64,000 nt of DNA. Origin: Ranitomeya imitator. Taxonomy: Eukaryota. A program made the translations under genes and the position numbers. The stretch is from the NCBI RefSeq assembly GCF_032444005.1, contig NC_091289.1, positions 22,444,001 to 22,508,000 of the forward strand, written 5' to 3'. Shown here piece by piece: positions 24,945 through 38,266 of the stretch. Below the pieces are notes generated by a model, which saw nothing but the letters and a program-made list of their open reading frames with translations, did no database searches and was not told the origin of the DNA. Position 1 is the stretch's first letter; the number at the start of each line of letters is the position of its first letter.

Positions 24945-26148
24945 GAAAAGGGATATGTTTATTAACCTCTGTATGAGATAGAAGGTGGTTTATGGATCTG
25001 GTCAGCACGTGGGTCACAACAAACAAATATGTGGGGACGGCATGTGGCTACTTTACATTGATTATTTAATGAGAGTTGCAGCTTGATCCCTCTATGGCTG
25101 TATGGGATATGCTTGACATTTCAGCAAATACATCTTCCCTATTGTCATCACAGTATCTGGTGACCGTAATACATATATAGCTAGACCAAGATCACATATG
25201 TATTTTTAGTCTCTTTGTAACATCCCTACCTGCTGTTTATATCATCTTGCCTAAATTATGATCTTTATGTATATATATAAGAAGTAAGGGACACAGACTA
25301 CCAAGTCAGGTGAGATCCCTAGATCTAGTCAGATATTTTACTGACATATTCATGCCCTTTCAAGCTATCCATATTTAATTATTGTTTAAGTGAGATTTTC
25401 TCTCCTGACCCTACTAGGGCACAATAGGGATAGCAGGGTTAGCCGACGAGGAGCGGGGGCGCCACGGCGCAGGATCATAGGGTGCCAACCTCCGCTGGCA
25501 GGTAGGGAGCATTGAGAAAGTTTAGGGCGAGGCACTACCCGGCCTTTTCTGTAGTACGCTTGCATCCAATGGTGATGGTGTTGTCAAGTGCACATTTATG
25601 GTCTTATAATATATATTAATAAAGGATAAATTTTAGTGTATTTTTTCTTTTTGGGGGATTTTTTCTGTGAGTCTAGTTTAATTTACCCCAAGTGTATTCT
25701 TTGACTGTGAGATATTAATCAGCTATAGTTGATAGCAGAGCAATGAACGATTTGATTAGCACTGTCCTGGCCCAGATGATTCCTCTGGGCAGCCGGTCTT
25801 CACTTCTGGTCACAGCATCCTCGGCCTGGACACTCCCGATGCTTACTAGACTAGACGCAACATCAAGACGTTGTGGGGCCTAGAAGTGAAATGTTGTGAA
25901 CACTAAGAAAATAATAACATTCATGGACATAAATCAGATTTTTAGCTTTATGTCTTAAAGTAGAACAAGATTTTCCTTGTCAATATATCGATCAAAGAGA
26001 CCAAGCTTGGGAAAACCATCTATTAAAACACACCACAAAGATGTCATACAGAGCCATAATTAGTATGGCCTGGGGTTCCTGGTTCTTTCACGACACAAGC
26101 ATTTCTGTTGGCAAAAATTGGCACGCTCATCTAGACCAATTGCCTATA

Positions 26149-26508
26149 CAGTGGAGAAAATAAGTATTTGATACACTGCCGATTTTGCAGTTTTCTCACC
26201 TACAGAAAATGGAGAGGTCTGTAATTTTTACCGTAGGTACACTTCACCGGTGGGAGATAGAATCTAAAAATAAAAAACAGAAAATCACATTATATGATTC
26301 TTACATAATTAATTTGCATTTTATTGTATGAAACAAGTATTTGATCACCGACCAACCAGCAAGAATTCTGGCTCTTACAGACCTGTTAGTTTTTCTTTAA
26401 GAAGCCTCCTGCTCTATACGCATTACATGGATTAATCACACCAGTTTCAACTCATTACTCGTGAACTCGCAAAATCGGCAGTGTATCAAATACTTATTTT
26501 CCCCACTG
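26149..26508. mobile_element. Internally deleted non-autonomous Tc1-like element, 360 bp
   Basis: TA-CAGTGGAGAAAATAAGTATTTGATACAC...GTGTATCAAATACTTATTTTCCCCACTG-TA. Confidence 0.85.
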
Positions 26509-27344
26509 TATGAACACACCATCTCTCGATTCTGGGCAGAAACTGTTTTGCCCATTTTTGACCAGGACAACTGCAAATTTGCTGGGGTTGTATCTGAAAA
26601 ACTAGGATTATCCCAGTAAGTTCAGGCGTGTTGGCAACTCTTCACCAGAAAACACTGGAGATACCCGCTTGGCCTTTCACTGGCTGATACGGGTCAACAC
26701 TGTGACCAGCGATTGTCTAAATGGTGATTTCTGTTGTGTCCAGATGGGACCGATGTAACAGACCATAGTATGCCTTGAGTCCTAGACTATTATCTGGGTT
26801 AAAGCGGCCTAGGCCATTTCATAGCCCCTCATGCCAGATTATGCGCCCCCGATAAAATAATAAAGCTTATACTCACCTCCTGTGCCGACACCTTTCTCGT
26901 AGTGTCGGCACTCGCTCTCCCCAGAGCGGTGATGCGGTGTTGTAACATATGACGCCAGAACCCAATCAGCGCTGGCGTCTCTGTCTCCGCTTTCGGCAAA
27001 CTGAACATGAAGTGAAAGTTCGGGCTGTAGCTGATCCCTGGCTTCCTCATCATTTTCCATTTGTCCGAAGGTGGAGACAGTGACCCCAGCACTGATTGGG
27101 CTCCGGCATCATATGTCACAGCACCGCATCACAGCCCCGGGGGAGAGCACCACGGGAACAGCGCCGGCACGAGAGGCGAGTATAGGCTTTATTATTTTAT
27201 CAGCGCCGAACATTTACTTTAAGAAGGGGTTGTCCTAGTAGTGGACAACCCCTTTAATTTTTCAGCATCTTAATGGGGTCTCAGCTTTGTGCAAGTCATC
27301 TTTTGTCTTTGTGGAACACTTAAACATCTGAGTCATTACAACAA

Positions 27345-27534
27345 ACATTTTTCAAAAAACTGACCGTCACATCCAAACATAGACTAAGTGTGAACAGGTG
27401 CTGAACCCTAGAGTCACCAACTCGTATACAGTCAAATAAATAAGGCAGCACACTGTGGCGCTAAAACATGCAAGCATGAAACAGTTTCGTGTTTGCATGT
27501 TTTAGCGCCACAGTGTGCTGCCTTATTTTTTTTT
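27345..27534. mobile_element. Small fold-back insertion with a 45-bp-arm hairpin (27438-27528)
   Basis: 10-bp direct repeat ATTACAACAA at 27335-27344 and 27535-27544. Hairpin has a 1-nt loop and 2 mismatches. Confidence 0.65.
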
Positions 27535-29759
27535 ATTACAACAAGCAATACGCATCTCAGATGTCAGACTTCCGAGTTACATTGTATTGAAAGATCAATC
27601 TTCATGTGATTACCAACACAACTTCCTTCCCACTACGTGTACGTCCCTTTTAAGTTAATACAAAATGATTGGCCTAGGCCATTTTATAACCCCGGGTATA
27701 GCTTGGCCTAGTTTAATTTTTCCCTGGGGAGCGTATATTGTAGCCTGGAGGGGTATAGTTTGGCCTAGGCTATTCTACAACCAGTTATAGTTTGGCCTCG
27801 ACCAGTTGATCCCTTGGGGTATACTCTGGCCTGGGCCAAGCTACACCCAGGTTTAGTCTAGATGGGGGTTAATATGGCCTGTTACACCAGGATGCATTTA
27901 TTTTTCACAAAGAAAAGGTTGCAGTTTTCAGAAAATGTCAAAAGAACACGACACAAGATAACATGACATGACCAAAATGACATAAGACGGAACATGTGAA
28001 TTAGGTTTATTTTCTGCATCCCTTTTCCAGACGGGTTCCCGATGGAATCAGCCTGGAAAAAAAAATAAAATTGCAGATTTTGGAGAGGCACCTAAATTTC
28101 AGGAAGAATGTATTAGGCCTAAATGGATTAAAACTGTCGAAAAGCAAAACTGTTTGTTGCCCACAGTAACCAATCAGAGCACAGCTTTCATAATACCAGA
28201 GCAGTTTAAGAAGTGAAAGCAGAGTTCCGATTGGTTGCTATGGGTAACAAATACAACCTCAGTGTTGAGAAGCTAGGCCCAATAACGCCTTAATCCTAGC
28301 AGTTATTTGCCTCTCTAAAAATGTACATTTAGCCGGTGAATTGCAGCCGCTGGCATCTAGCGGCTCTCTTCATGCAGAACTAAGTAATTTGGGCATAACA
28401 ACGTAATAGCCGGGGCCAGAAGATTTACTCCACGATGAGGGACACGAGCGCCAGCCAATGCGTTTTAATTAAACGAATTTGGGTGACTGATAACACCGAC
28501 ACGGGAGAAGGGGGATATCTGTACAATTATTGCCATGACAGGTGGTTTTACATTTTAGATTTTTGAAGCCAAGTTGGACTGGGTCACAATTAATCAGTAT
28601 CTGCCGATGCCGGAAATCCTTATATAAAAGACAAGTACCATCGAAAAAGGCCAAGAGCGGGTTATTAGAGGACGTCGTTACGAGTAGATTGTCAAAGAGC
28701 GAGCAAAATCCTGCATGAAATGAAGATTTATTTTTTTTGGGGGGGGGGGGAATCAATGCGGTTATTCGCTTTGATGAAGGTGATGGCGGGTGAATCCCAG
28801 GTTGCTGGCAGACAGACATCGGTGACTGGCTCTTAGTGAATGGGACTTTCGCCAGAGGAGCTCGTTACATCTGAGTGCTTAATTGTGGAAGCCTAGAGAA
28901 TTGATAAAAGCAGGATCAGACTGTTGTTTCGGAGCATACTGAAAGGGGGCACTTACGGGGAATGTTCTCCTCGTGGCGCCATGTTGTGGAGGAGTCCGAG
29001 AGTCTGTGTTGTACAACTTCACAATGCATTTATTTTATTTTTTATAACAGACAGAGCTCCGCTTTTCTGATGGCATTCTCCAAACTACCTGCATATTCTT
29101 AAAGGGGGTCTTCTCATACTATTTTCCACAGCTGGGATATGCCATCACTTTTTTTATAATAGGGATGGAACCACCGATCTGGAATTTTAGCCCTCCAATG
29201 TGCAAAACAATGACGTACAGCCCCTCAATGGTGTTGTGGGTGGCATTAAATTCTTAGGGATGCCAAGTGCTACTCGGTTTTATTCTTTTTAAAATATTGT
29301 ACCCCTAAGAAGCATATTGCTAGTGTACAAGCAGTACACGTGCCCTGGGTTTCCGGTTGGGTGCCCCCAATCTTTGAGCAGGCGCCATTTTGAACTGTGT
29401 TGGCATCAAGAGGACAGAGATACCATTGGGTCCTTTGGTTGAGAAGAGAGCCACAGGCTCCCTGCCCCACTTTTCTCTGTCCTGTAGACCCCCAGGTCAA
29501 CAGCTTATGACATGTCAACGTCTGGACCCATTCAGTGCAAAAAATATCACTGCATTGTATTGTGTCCTGGTGGAAAAGTGGACTCAGTTGCTCGGAGGCA
29601 AAGATGAACTTTGTTTTTCTTTTTGCAAGGGGTGGCACAAAGGGGACATTATTACTTTTGGAGAAGGAACTCAGGGAAAGTCATTACTTTCTAAAAGTGG
29701 CGCAGGGGAGAAAGCAGTCATACTTCCCCTGTATCAAGGGGACATTATTATTGGATTAA

Positions 29760-30007
29760 AGGGAACCTGTCCCTTGAATTTGGCAGGATCGGTTTTCGGT
29801 CATATTTGCGGAGTTTTCGGGTGTTTGATTCACCCTTTCCTTACCCGCTAGCTGCATGCTGGCCGCAATATTGGATTGAAGTTCATTCTATGTCCTCCTT
29901 AGTACACACCTGCGCAAGGCAGGTGAATTTCGGGTGAATCAAACACCTGGAAACTCCGCCCATATGACCGAAAACCTGTCCCGCCAAATTCAGGTGACAG
30001 GTTCCCT
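29760..30007. mobile_element. TTAA MITE, same family as 7064-7391 (internally shorter)
   Basis: TTAA-AGGGAACCTGTC...GACAGGTTCCCT-TTAA. Confidence 0.85.
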
Positions 30008-30106
30008 TTAAGTAGCACAACATTTGCCTTACCCCAAGTGCTGACAATCCACACTTAGTCACTGCAGCCCCATTCACTTATACTTGTGCCATGCTTGGAC
30101 CTCTGC

Positions 30107-30853
30107 TGTCATGATCCCAATGGCAGGGGATCACAAAAGGACAAGCACAAAAACAAAACAAGCTCTAGGGTGATGGAACCTGAGCTGACCGCGATCCTGA
30201 ACCTAAACACACAACTAGCAGTAGGCGGGGAACGTGCCTACGATGATTCCTAGACGTCTCGCGCCAGCCGAAGGATTAACTTCCCCTATAAGAAGAAACA
30301 CAGACCTCACTTGCCTCCAGAGAAACACCCCACAGAAATAGCAGCCCCCCACATGTAATAACGGTGAAATGAGAGGAAAGCACATACGTAGTTATGAAAA
30401 TAGAATCAGCAAAAATGAGGCCCGCTAAAGCTAGATAGCAGAGGATACAAAAGTGAACTGCGCGGTCAGCGAAAAACCCTTCAAAAAACCATCCTGAAAT
30501 TACTTGAGCTCATGTGCCAACTCATGGAACATGAGGAGTAATTTCAGCCCACTAGAGCAACCAGCAGCAAAGAATCACATATCTGCAAGCTGGACTAAGA
30601 CAAAAAATTAAGCAAAACGTGGAACAGGAAAATCAAAACTTAGCTTGTCCTGAAGATAACAGACGCAGGGAGCAGAGGTAAAAAGACACGCTGATTACAT
30701 TGATAGCCGGCGAGGAAATGACAAAAAAGCCAGGTTAAATAGGAAACTCCCATAACCTGATGGAACAGGTGGACACCAGAGACCGCAGAGAACACAAGTC
30801 ACCCAGTACCATCAGTAACCACCAGAGGGAGCCCAAAAACAGAACTCACAACA
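30107..30853 (-). mobile_element. Solo LTR, 747 bp
   Basis: TG...CA ends. 6-bp TSD CTCTGC at 30101-30106 and 30854-30859. Minus-strand 5' end TGTTGTGAGTTCTG is related to the LTR at 40934. Confidence 0.85.
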
Positions 30854-32559
30854 CTCTGCTGTGTAGAGAAAGCATTTAAGGGGGTGTATCATCGAACATT
30901 TGCTGCAACCTACAGCTTCCCAAGCAAAAAATAAAAACAGCAAAAAACAAAACAAAACAAACAACAACAACGCCTTATAGCACCATCGGCGTAAGAATTT
31001 AAAAAAGGCAACACAAAACACATTTTTTGCTTCAAAGTTCTGATTTTTTTTTTGTTTTTAGCAAAATCTAAAACCAATATACGTTTGGCATTGCCGTAAT
31101 ATTATTTTTACCACGAATTTAGCACACAAAAAAAATTGCTGTTTTTTATCATTATTTATTTTTCACCATTTTACCTTAATTTTTCCAGCACATTATTTGC
31201 TAAAGTGAAATATATTATTCAAAACTGCAAGTCGTCCCGGAGAAAATATACAGCTATATTGAAAAAAAAAAAATAATAATAATAATATTATATGGTGCTG
31301 AAGGGGAGTCATGATGGGGTTAATTAAAAATATAAATAAATAAAAACACACACTCCAAAAATATATTCTAAAAAAGAAAACAACACACAAAGAACTAAAA
31401 CAAGACTGAAAACATCACTGACGTATTGTACGGTATACTGGGTGGATAAAAGATCTTGTGGTATGAAGTAGCCCATATGACTCAATTGCCAAAGGTGCCA
31501 TGTAAACCTTAATCTGGCCCGGCCCTAGAGCTATACATCTCGTAGAAATGAACATTAATGATTGTTAATTAGCTGTGGAATTATAAGTAACATCACCTGG
31601 ATCTAATAACAGGTAGGAAATTAGTATCACAGCTGGAAACTTTCTAGACAAGTTTTTTCCTATGGTGCAAGGCTGCCCTCTAGTGACTGAATGGGGGCAC
31701 TGCATGCAGTAATAATGTGCTGCTGAGCAAAGATTCTGTGGCAGAAAATCATTACCTCATTATTTTCCTGTAATGAACACACAATTTGCTACATTCTGTC
31801 TGCGTGTTTTCACAAACATTAGGAGAAATTAATTAATAGGAACGCTGACTGCATAAAGATAGACAGAAGTTTTGCAAAAAAGGGCGACAGCGTCTAATCT
31901 GCGTTCATCTTGCAAGATAACTGGGCTTCAGGAGTCAATGACAAACACAACTTTATACTGGAGGACTGCGCATAATGGAATTCCATATTGCACATTTGTT
32001 ATTGGATGCTAAGGGACAAGGACTCAAAATTAGCCTCCTTCCCATTCTCAGCAGAGTACAGACTGAGTACAGCAGCCTATATTCTGCATTTATAGTGCTG
32101 AAGACTGTCAGGCAGATTGCTAAATACTACTGCCCATTCAATAAGCCAAGGAATGGAGCCAGATCCAGCAGGTAGAGTCGTGAGAGGTGATGTGCAAACT
32201 AGTGAAGCAGATTAATAAACGCCCTGTTTTTATCCTGTACTGATCCTGAGTTAGTGCAGAGCTGCATTTATAATTCTGCAGTCTTCAGAGCTGAAATCTT
32301 AAATGTTTGCAAATAGTATAAAGTTTGAGCTATTGTGCAAGCTGCGTATGTTTCGGTGATCTGAAGTGACTAAGTAGTTAGGGTTATATATAACTAAGCT
32401 TATTTTCTATTTCCTGTGACTGCGGGAACATAAATACAGCTCTGGATTATAACAGGATAAATGATGTATGTACATAGAGTCCCTCAGCAGAATCGGGAGA
32501 GCAATTCTGGAGGAAAATAAAGCAGGATTAGCACAGAATAAGTAATGAATTTACATAAT

Positions 32560-34165
32560 GAGTCCACCAGCAGACTAGTGAGTGCAGCTCTGCAGTATAA
32601 TAAAGGATAAGTACTGTAATGTATGTATACAGTGACTGCACCAGCAGAATAGTGAATGCAGCTCCGGAGTATAATACAGGATGTAACCCAGGATCAGTAA
32701 TGTAATGTATGTACACAGTGACTGCATCAGCAGAATAGTGAGTGCAGCTCTGGAGTATAATACAGGGTGTAACTCAGGATCAGTAATGTAATGTATGGAC
32801 ACAGTGACTGCACCAGCAGAATAGTGAGTGCACCTCTGGAGTATAATACAGGATGTAACTCAGGATCAGTAATGTAATGTATGTACACAGTGACTGCACC
32901 AGCAGAATAGTGAGTGCAGCTCTGGAGTATAATACAGGATGTAACTCAGGATCAGTAATGTAATGTATGCACACAGTGACTGCACCAGCAGAATAGTGAG
33001 TGCAGCTCTGGAGTATAATACAGGATGTAACTCAGGATCAGTAATGTAATGTATGTACACAGTGACTCCACCAGCAGAATAGTGAGTGCAGCTCTGGAGT
33101 ATAATACAGGATGTAACTCAGGATCAGTAATGTAAGGTATGTACACAGTGACTGCACCAGCAGAATAGTGAGTGCAGCTCTGGGGTATAATACAGGATGT
33201 AGCTCAGGATCAGTAATGTAATGTATGTACACAGTGACTGCACCAGCAGAATAGCGAGTGCACCTCTGGAGTATAATACAGGATGTAACTCAGGATCAGT
33301 AATGTAATGTATGTACACAGTGACTCCACCAGCAGAATAGTGAGTGCAGCTCTGGAGTATAATACAGGATGTAACTCAGGATCAGTAATGTAAGGTATGT
33401 ACACAGTGACTGCACCAGCAGAATAGTGAGTGCAGCTCTGGGGTATAATACAGGATGTAGCTCAGGATCAGTAATGTAATGTATGTACACAGTGACTGCA
33501 CCAGCAGAATAGCGAGTGCACCTCTGGAGTATAATACAGGATGTAGCTCAGGATCAGTAATGTAATGTATGTACACAGTGACTGCACCAGCAGAATAGCG
33601 AGTGCACCTCTGGAGTATAATACAGGATGTAACTCAGGATCAGTAATGTAATGTATGTACACAGTGACTGCACCAGCAGAATAGCGAGTGCACCTCTGGA
33701 GTATAATACAGGATGTAACTCAGGATCAGTAATGTAATGTATGTACACAGTGACTCCACCAGCAGAATAGTGAGTGCAGCTCTGGAGTATAATACAGGAT
33801 GTAACTCAGGATCAGTAATGTAAGGTATGTACACAGTGACTGCACCAGCAGAATAGTGAGTGCAGCTCTGGGGTATAATACAGGATGTAGCTCAGGATCA
33901 GTAATGTAATGTATGTACACAGTGACTGCACCAGCAGAATAGCGAGTGCACCTCTGGAGTATAATACAGGATGTAACTCAGGATCAGTAATGTAATGTAT
34001 GTACACAGTGACTGCACCAGCAGAATAGCGAGTGCACCTCTGGGGTATAATACAGGATGTAACTCAGGATCAGTAATGTAATGTATGTACACAGTGACTG
34101 CACCAGCAGAATAGCGAGTGCAGCTCTGGGGTATAATACAGGATGTAACTCAGGATCAGTATAGG
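32560..34165. repeat. 86-bp tandem satellite, about 18 units
   Basis: Unit CAGTGACTGCACCAGCAGAATAGTGAGTGCAGCTCTGGAGTATAATACAGGATGTAACTCAGGATCAGTAATGTAATGTATGTACA. The ORF track repeats every 86 nt. Confidence 0.97.
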
Positions 34166-35433
34166 ATCAGTAATGTATTTAAACAGTAAATTTTCTGAAA
34201 GGTTAATTAATTCCATACATGAACTATAGAGTCATGCAGACATTGTGTGACTGTGATTGTGTGACTGTGACTTCCCCTCAATGGCAGCCGATCCACTGAC
34301 TATCAATGTCTATGGTCAGGTTACATTGAATATCCTATATACTATATACCATTTCTTCGCCTGTCATTGTGCTTCTTCATAACTGGATGGGAATGAATTT
34401 ATTGTGACAACAGTAACTTCTATATCTGCAGCTCCTTCATTATAAACAGACGCTTTACTCATTAACCTTTTGTCTAGGAGAAATGACCAGAACAAAGCAA
34501 TAAGAGCTGACACCGCCATTAATCGGGGACATTTCTCACTGTCTGACTATAGTCGAGGAGGTTGTGTCCTCGGAGACCTCATCACAGATGATGATTAGTT
34601 TTACCTTCACAAAAGGCAACACGATGCAGATACGTTGTCTACAAAGCACTAATGGCTAATATGACAGATAATATCGGATCCATTGCAGCTCCACACTCTA
34701 CTTTCCCAGCAATCAGAATGGCAAATCCATCCACCCGGGGTGGAAATGATTAGATCTGTCATACAGAATTTAGGGAAGGTGGGTAAAAATATATTTTTCT
34801 GGTACTCCTCTTGGGACCCAGCGCCTGGTGCACATGCACAGATGCCGACAGTCCTAAATTGTAGGGACTATTCTGATATTTCCAAAACAATCCTAGCAGC
34901 ATGAAAATTTGGGGATTGCAAAAAAAGTGTTGTAAAGTTCCAGTTACAAGCGCTGGTCTTATCCAGTTTGAGGGTATTGGCCGGTGGAATTAATGGTTTT
35001 CCTTGATGAGACTAGTTTCAGGATTTACACATTACTATATTGTAAAAGAACACAGAGATAAGTATAGTGTGTGGGCGTTGTGTTATGGGCTCAACTGGTG
35101 AGGTGGATTATATAAGCTGCAAGTCTGGAGGTGACCGTGAAACAAAGTAGGTTTTAATGGGCAACACGAGGACCAATGAGGGCCAGGACAGCAGAGTATG
35201 CAAGATGGCAGACCAACAAGCAGAGCAGGTAGCACAAGTAAAGCAGTGCAAGGTGTGTGAATAGAAACAGGAGCAGTATAAATAACCGATAAGCAGCTAA
35301 TTATAGGAATGAGGTCTGGTATCTTACAGCAGGTCAGTGGTTAAACACAGGAGTAACCAAGGCATACCTATAATCTGTTTTTTTTTTCAGCATGGCAATG
35401 GATAATAGCAGCAATGTCACAAAAGTAAATGCA

Positions 35434-35863
35434 AATGCAAGTAAAGAAGCTGCGGAGACACCATCACGTGTTTCTCGACGCAAGCAATGAATAGCCAGGC
35501 CTTTCCCCGGGAAGGAACAACCACGGGAAGGGCAGCATCCTAAGAAGGAAAGCCACCTATGCCAAGCATGGTATCCATCCACAGACAGCTGTCTGTGGAT
35601 GGATACCATGCTTGGCATAGGTGGCTTTCCTTCTTAGGATGCTGCCCTTCCCGTGGTTGTTCCTTCCCGGGGAAAGGCCTGGCTATTCATTGCTTGCGTC
35701 GAGAAACACGTGATGGTGTCTCCGCAGCTTCTTTACTTGCATTTGCATATTTCCCATAAGGGATGGGGGCAGTGTTCTGGAATCACTGCGTTGAGAAACA
35801 CGTGATGGTGTCTCCGCAGTGTTGGATGTTTTGGTCTCCCCGAGGCCAATCATCTGTGCCTTT
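35434..35863. mobile_element. Fold-back insertion containing a spacerless 320-bp palindrome (35429-35748)
   Basis: Centre at 35588/35589, 160-bp arms. 15-bp direct repeat ACAAAAGTAAATGCA at 35419-35433 and 35864-35878. Confidence 0.75.
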
Positions 35864-36500
35864 ACAAAAGTAAATGCAGTCTGGTATCTTCCAGCAAGGC
35901 AATAGCTAACTGCAGGACTACAATCAAGTACAGGCAAACTTGAGATGCATTACCTTGAGTGCAGAGGCCAGGTGTAAACAGTAGCGAGGAGTTGATAACT
36001 TGTTGTGGGGTTGATGTGGACAGCACCCAAGTAAACTGACCGAGCTGAAAATTATCGCTGCTTGCAGCATGGAAGCTAGAACAAGCTGAGGACATGACAG
36101 ACATCTGGCTGGGGCCGAGCCAAGAAAAGTAGCAGCAACTTACAAACTTAAGGCGCACCTGTATGCAATAATACTAAATACTCAAAAATCTGGCTTTTGC
36201 TTGAGGTGGCTTTAAAAGGCCAAGGGTACTGATGTCAGAGGAGTTCGCCAAGTTACCTGAAAACCCGAGAACAGGCTACTGCAAAAGGAATCAGCCGTTG
36301 GAGAAGGGAGCTTGGCACTAAGAAATCGTAATAACTTTGAGACGCGTTGACCAATAAACCACCTACATTTGGATTCTGCATTCTTTATAGCGTTCTGAAT
36401 GGCAGCGCAGTTTAATGCATTTGCTTCCAGTTTCTGATTACCGGCGTGGCGTACTACACATATCTGTGTGACTGGCAACTCATACAAACGGAGTATCATT

Positions 36501-36632
36501 TCTCCTTGTGGAGAGTGGCATGCCAGTGTAAGGAGTCTTATCAGCCGTGCAATGCTGCTCTGGGATTTCCCAGAGGAGCCTTGCATGGCTTATAAGCCTC
36601 CTCACACTGGCATGCCACTCTTCACAAGGAGA
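36501..36632. repeat. Diverged hairpin made of the non-hammerhead half of the ~331-bp family
   Basis: 66-bp arms centred on CTGGGATTTCCCAG. The right arm matches 54750-54830. Confidence 0.65.
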
Positions 36633-38266
36633 GATGTTCCCGCTTAGATCCCTTTTGTAATACTAAGCATCCACCCACAAGGATGGCAAGTGTGTGACTA
36701 TATCATCAGTATATTGCAACCTCTGCCTTTATCATGGGAGCTGCTGCATCCTGCAGTACATTAGTGTTAGTCAGTATGGCGCCTATGTAACTTGAACACC
36801 TCTAATTAGATATTGATTGCCTCTAGCATTCCTAAAAATAAAATATAAAATGAGAAACAGAACTTTTTGTAGCGTTATGCTCTACGTCCCTGCATGGTGT
36901 TCTGTCACCATGCGGGAACGCCGGCTTACTCATTACCTTGGGCCTGGCACGATCCCCGGTTTGCTCCAGTCCTTGCCTTCTTCCTTCTCTGTGCACCCCT
37001 GTGTCTCGGTGGCATAACTGGGACACAGGTGCACACGCTCCCCTGGACAATTCTATCATGGCAACTCATGCAGATTGATAGCGTTGGCGCATTTTAGACT
37101 TGCTTCGCTTTCCTTTTATATACAACCTCTATTACTTTTTTTTTTTGCACCTCAAAAATGGCACACCTTTAGATTTTTGACAAACATCAGTTCACTGGAC
37201 GATCATCGAGATGACGTCCCTTAATCCTCCTGACCAGCAAGTCAACAAGCAAGTCCACAAGTGAAGACTTATATAAGGGTAGCTGCGAACGTTGCCGATC
37301 CATACAATTCTATGGGACATATGGAAACGGCTGAGAACTCCCACTCTCTTCGAAATACTCTATTAGTATGAAATGGATGGTCACCCCCCCCCCCAACAAA
37401 ACTCTGGTTTCTGTATCTTCAATCAATGTATATTTATTTTGTTTTTTGGAAAGTTCACATAAATGATAAGAGATTTAGCAAGAAAATTATTGGCCATCGT
37501 AATGCTGTTGTCTGGTCTCGGCGCAGACACATGTCCTCGTTCTCTGAGATTTTATATCCAGAATGTCTGTCAGAGGCAAGGAAGTGTGTGAAATTAATTA
37601 TAGATGGATGTTTAATTACCTTCATTACCAGTCACTCCCGGCATCCAGGCATGTGAGCGGAATGACTGATGAACGACGTCTCTTGTATTCTTGAGTCAAT
37701 GGCCAACATAACGGAGCTGGTTGTCTGGGGCAGGAACAGAACATGACCTGAGACATTCACGATGTTCTAGAACATAATATTCCATCCTCCCCCACATTTA
37801 ATTAAATTTTCTCTCTCCGGGGGGTCATGCTGCAAATCAGGTCATAGCCAAAATCCTATAAATATCCACATGAGGATCTTGTATGTTACCAATAACACCA
37901 TGACACGTGATAATGTAGCTAATGTGACACCATGTGCGTCTACAGATGACGGAGATCAAATGTAGCATCTACGTTAGTAGGGCCAGATGGATCAAGACTT
38001 CTGTCACACTGGTTTCACGACTTCTGTTTTCTCAGCATCCAGGAGAACTAGAGCCCTATTCACTAGATCACTGGGGGTCTCATCTCAGATGTCAGACCCC
38101 CGACAATCACCCATTAATCTTCTATCCTAAGGATAAGGGATAACCCTACACATCGCATTATAAAAGGCTCCTACATGGCTAAAATAGTGCCTAAAAACAC
38201 TAAGTGGAGTAATTTTAGTCTGTATGTATATACATATTTAGTGAGACCTTAGATTCTTGCTATGTA

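Larger units (their letters stand above)
23541..25717. mobile_element. Penelope-like inverted pLTR insertion: 986-bp arms (23541-24526, 24688-25673), 161-bp spacer, 44-bp tail
   Basis: Arms are reverse complements with only a few mismatches. 14-bp TSD ATCAGCTATAGTTG at 23527-23540 and 25718-25731. Hammerhead-like motif in each arm. AATAAA near the arm end. Confidence 0.85.

Noticed and set aside
28300-29000. CpG-containing unique sequence with a GCCATGTT YY1-like motif
   Set aside because: No recognisable gene structure; needs conservation or expression data.
32528-34092. Series of 62-75-aa ORFs (MYIHYITDPELHPVLY...)
   Set aside because: Translations of the 86-bp satellite; no evidence of coding function.
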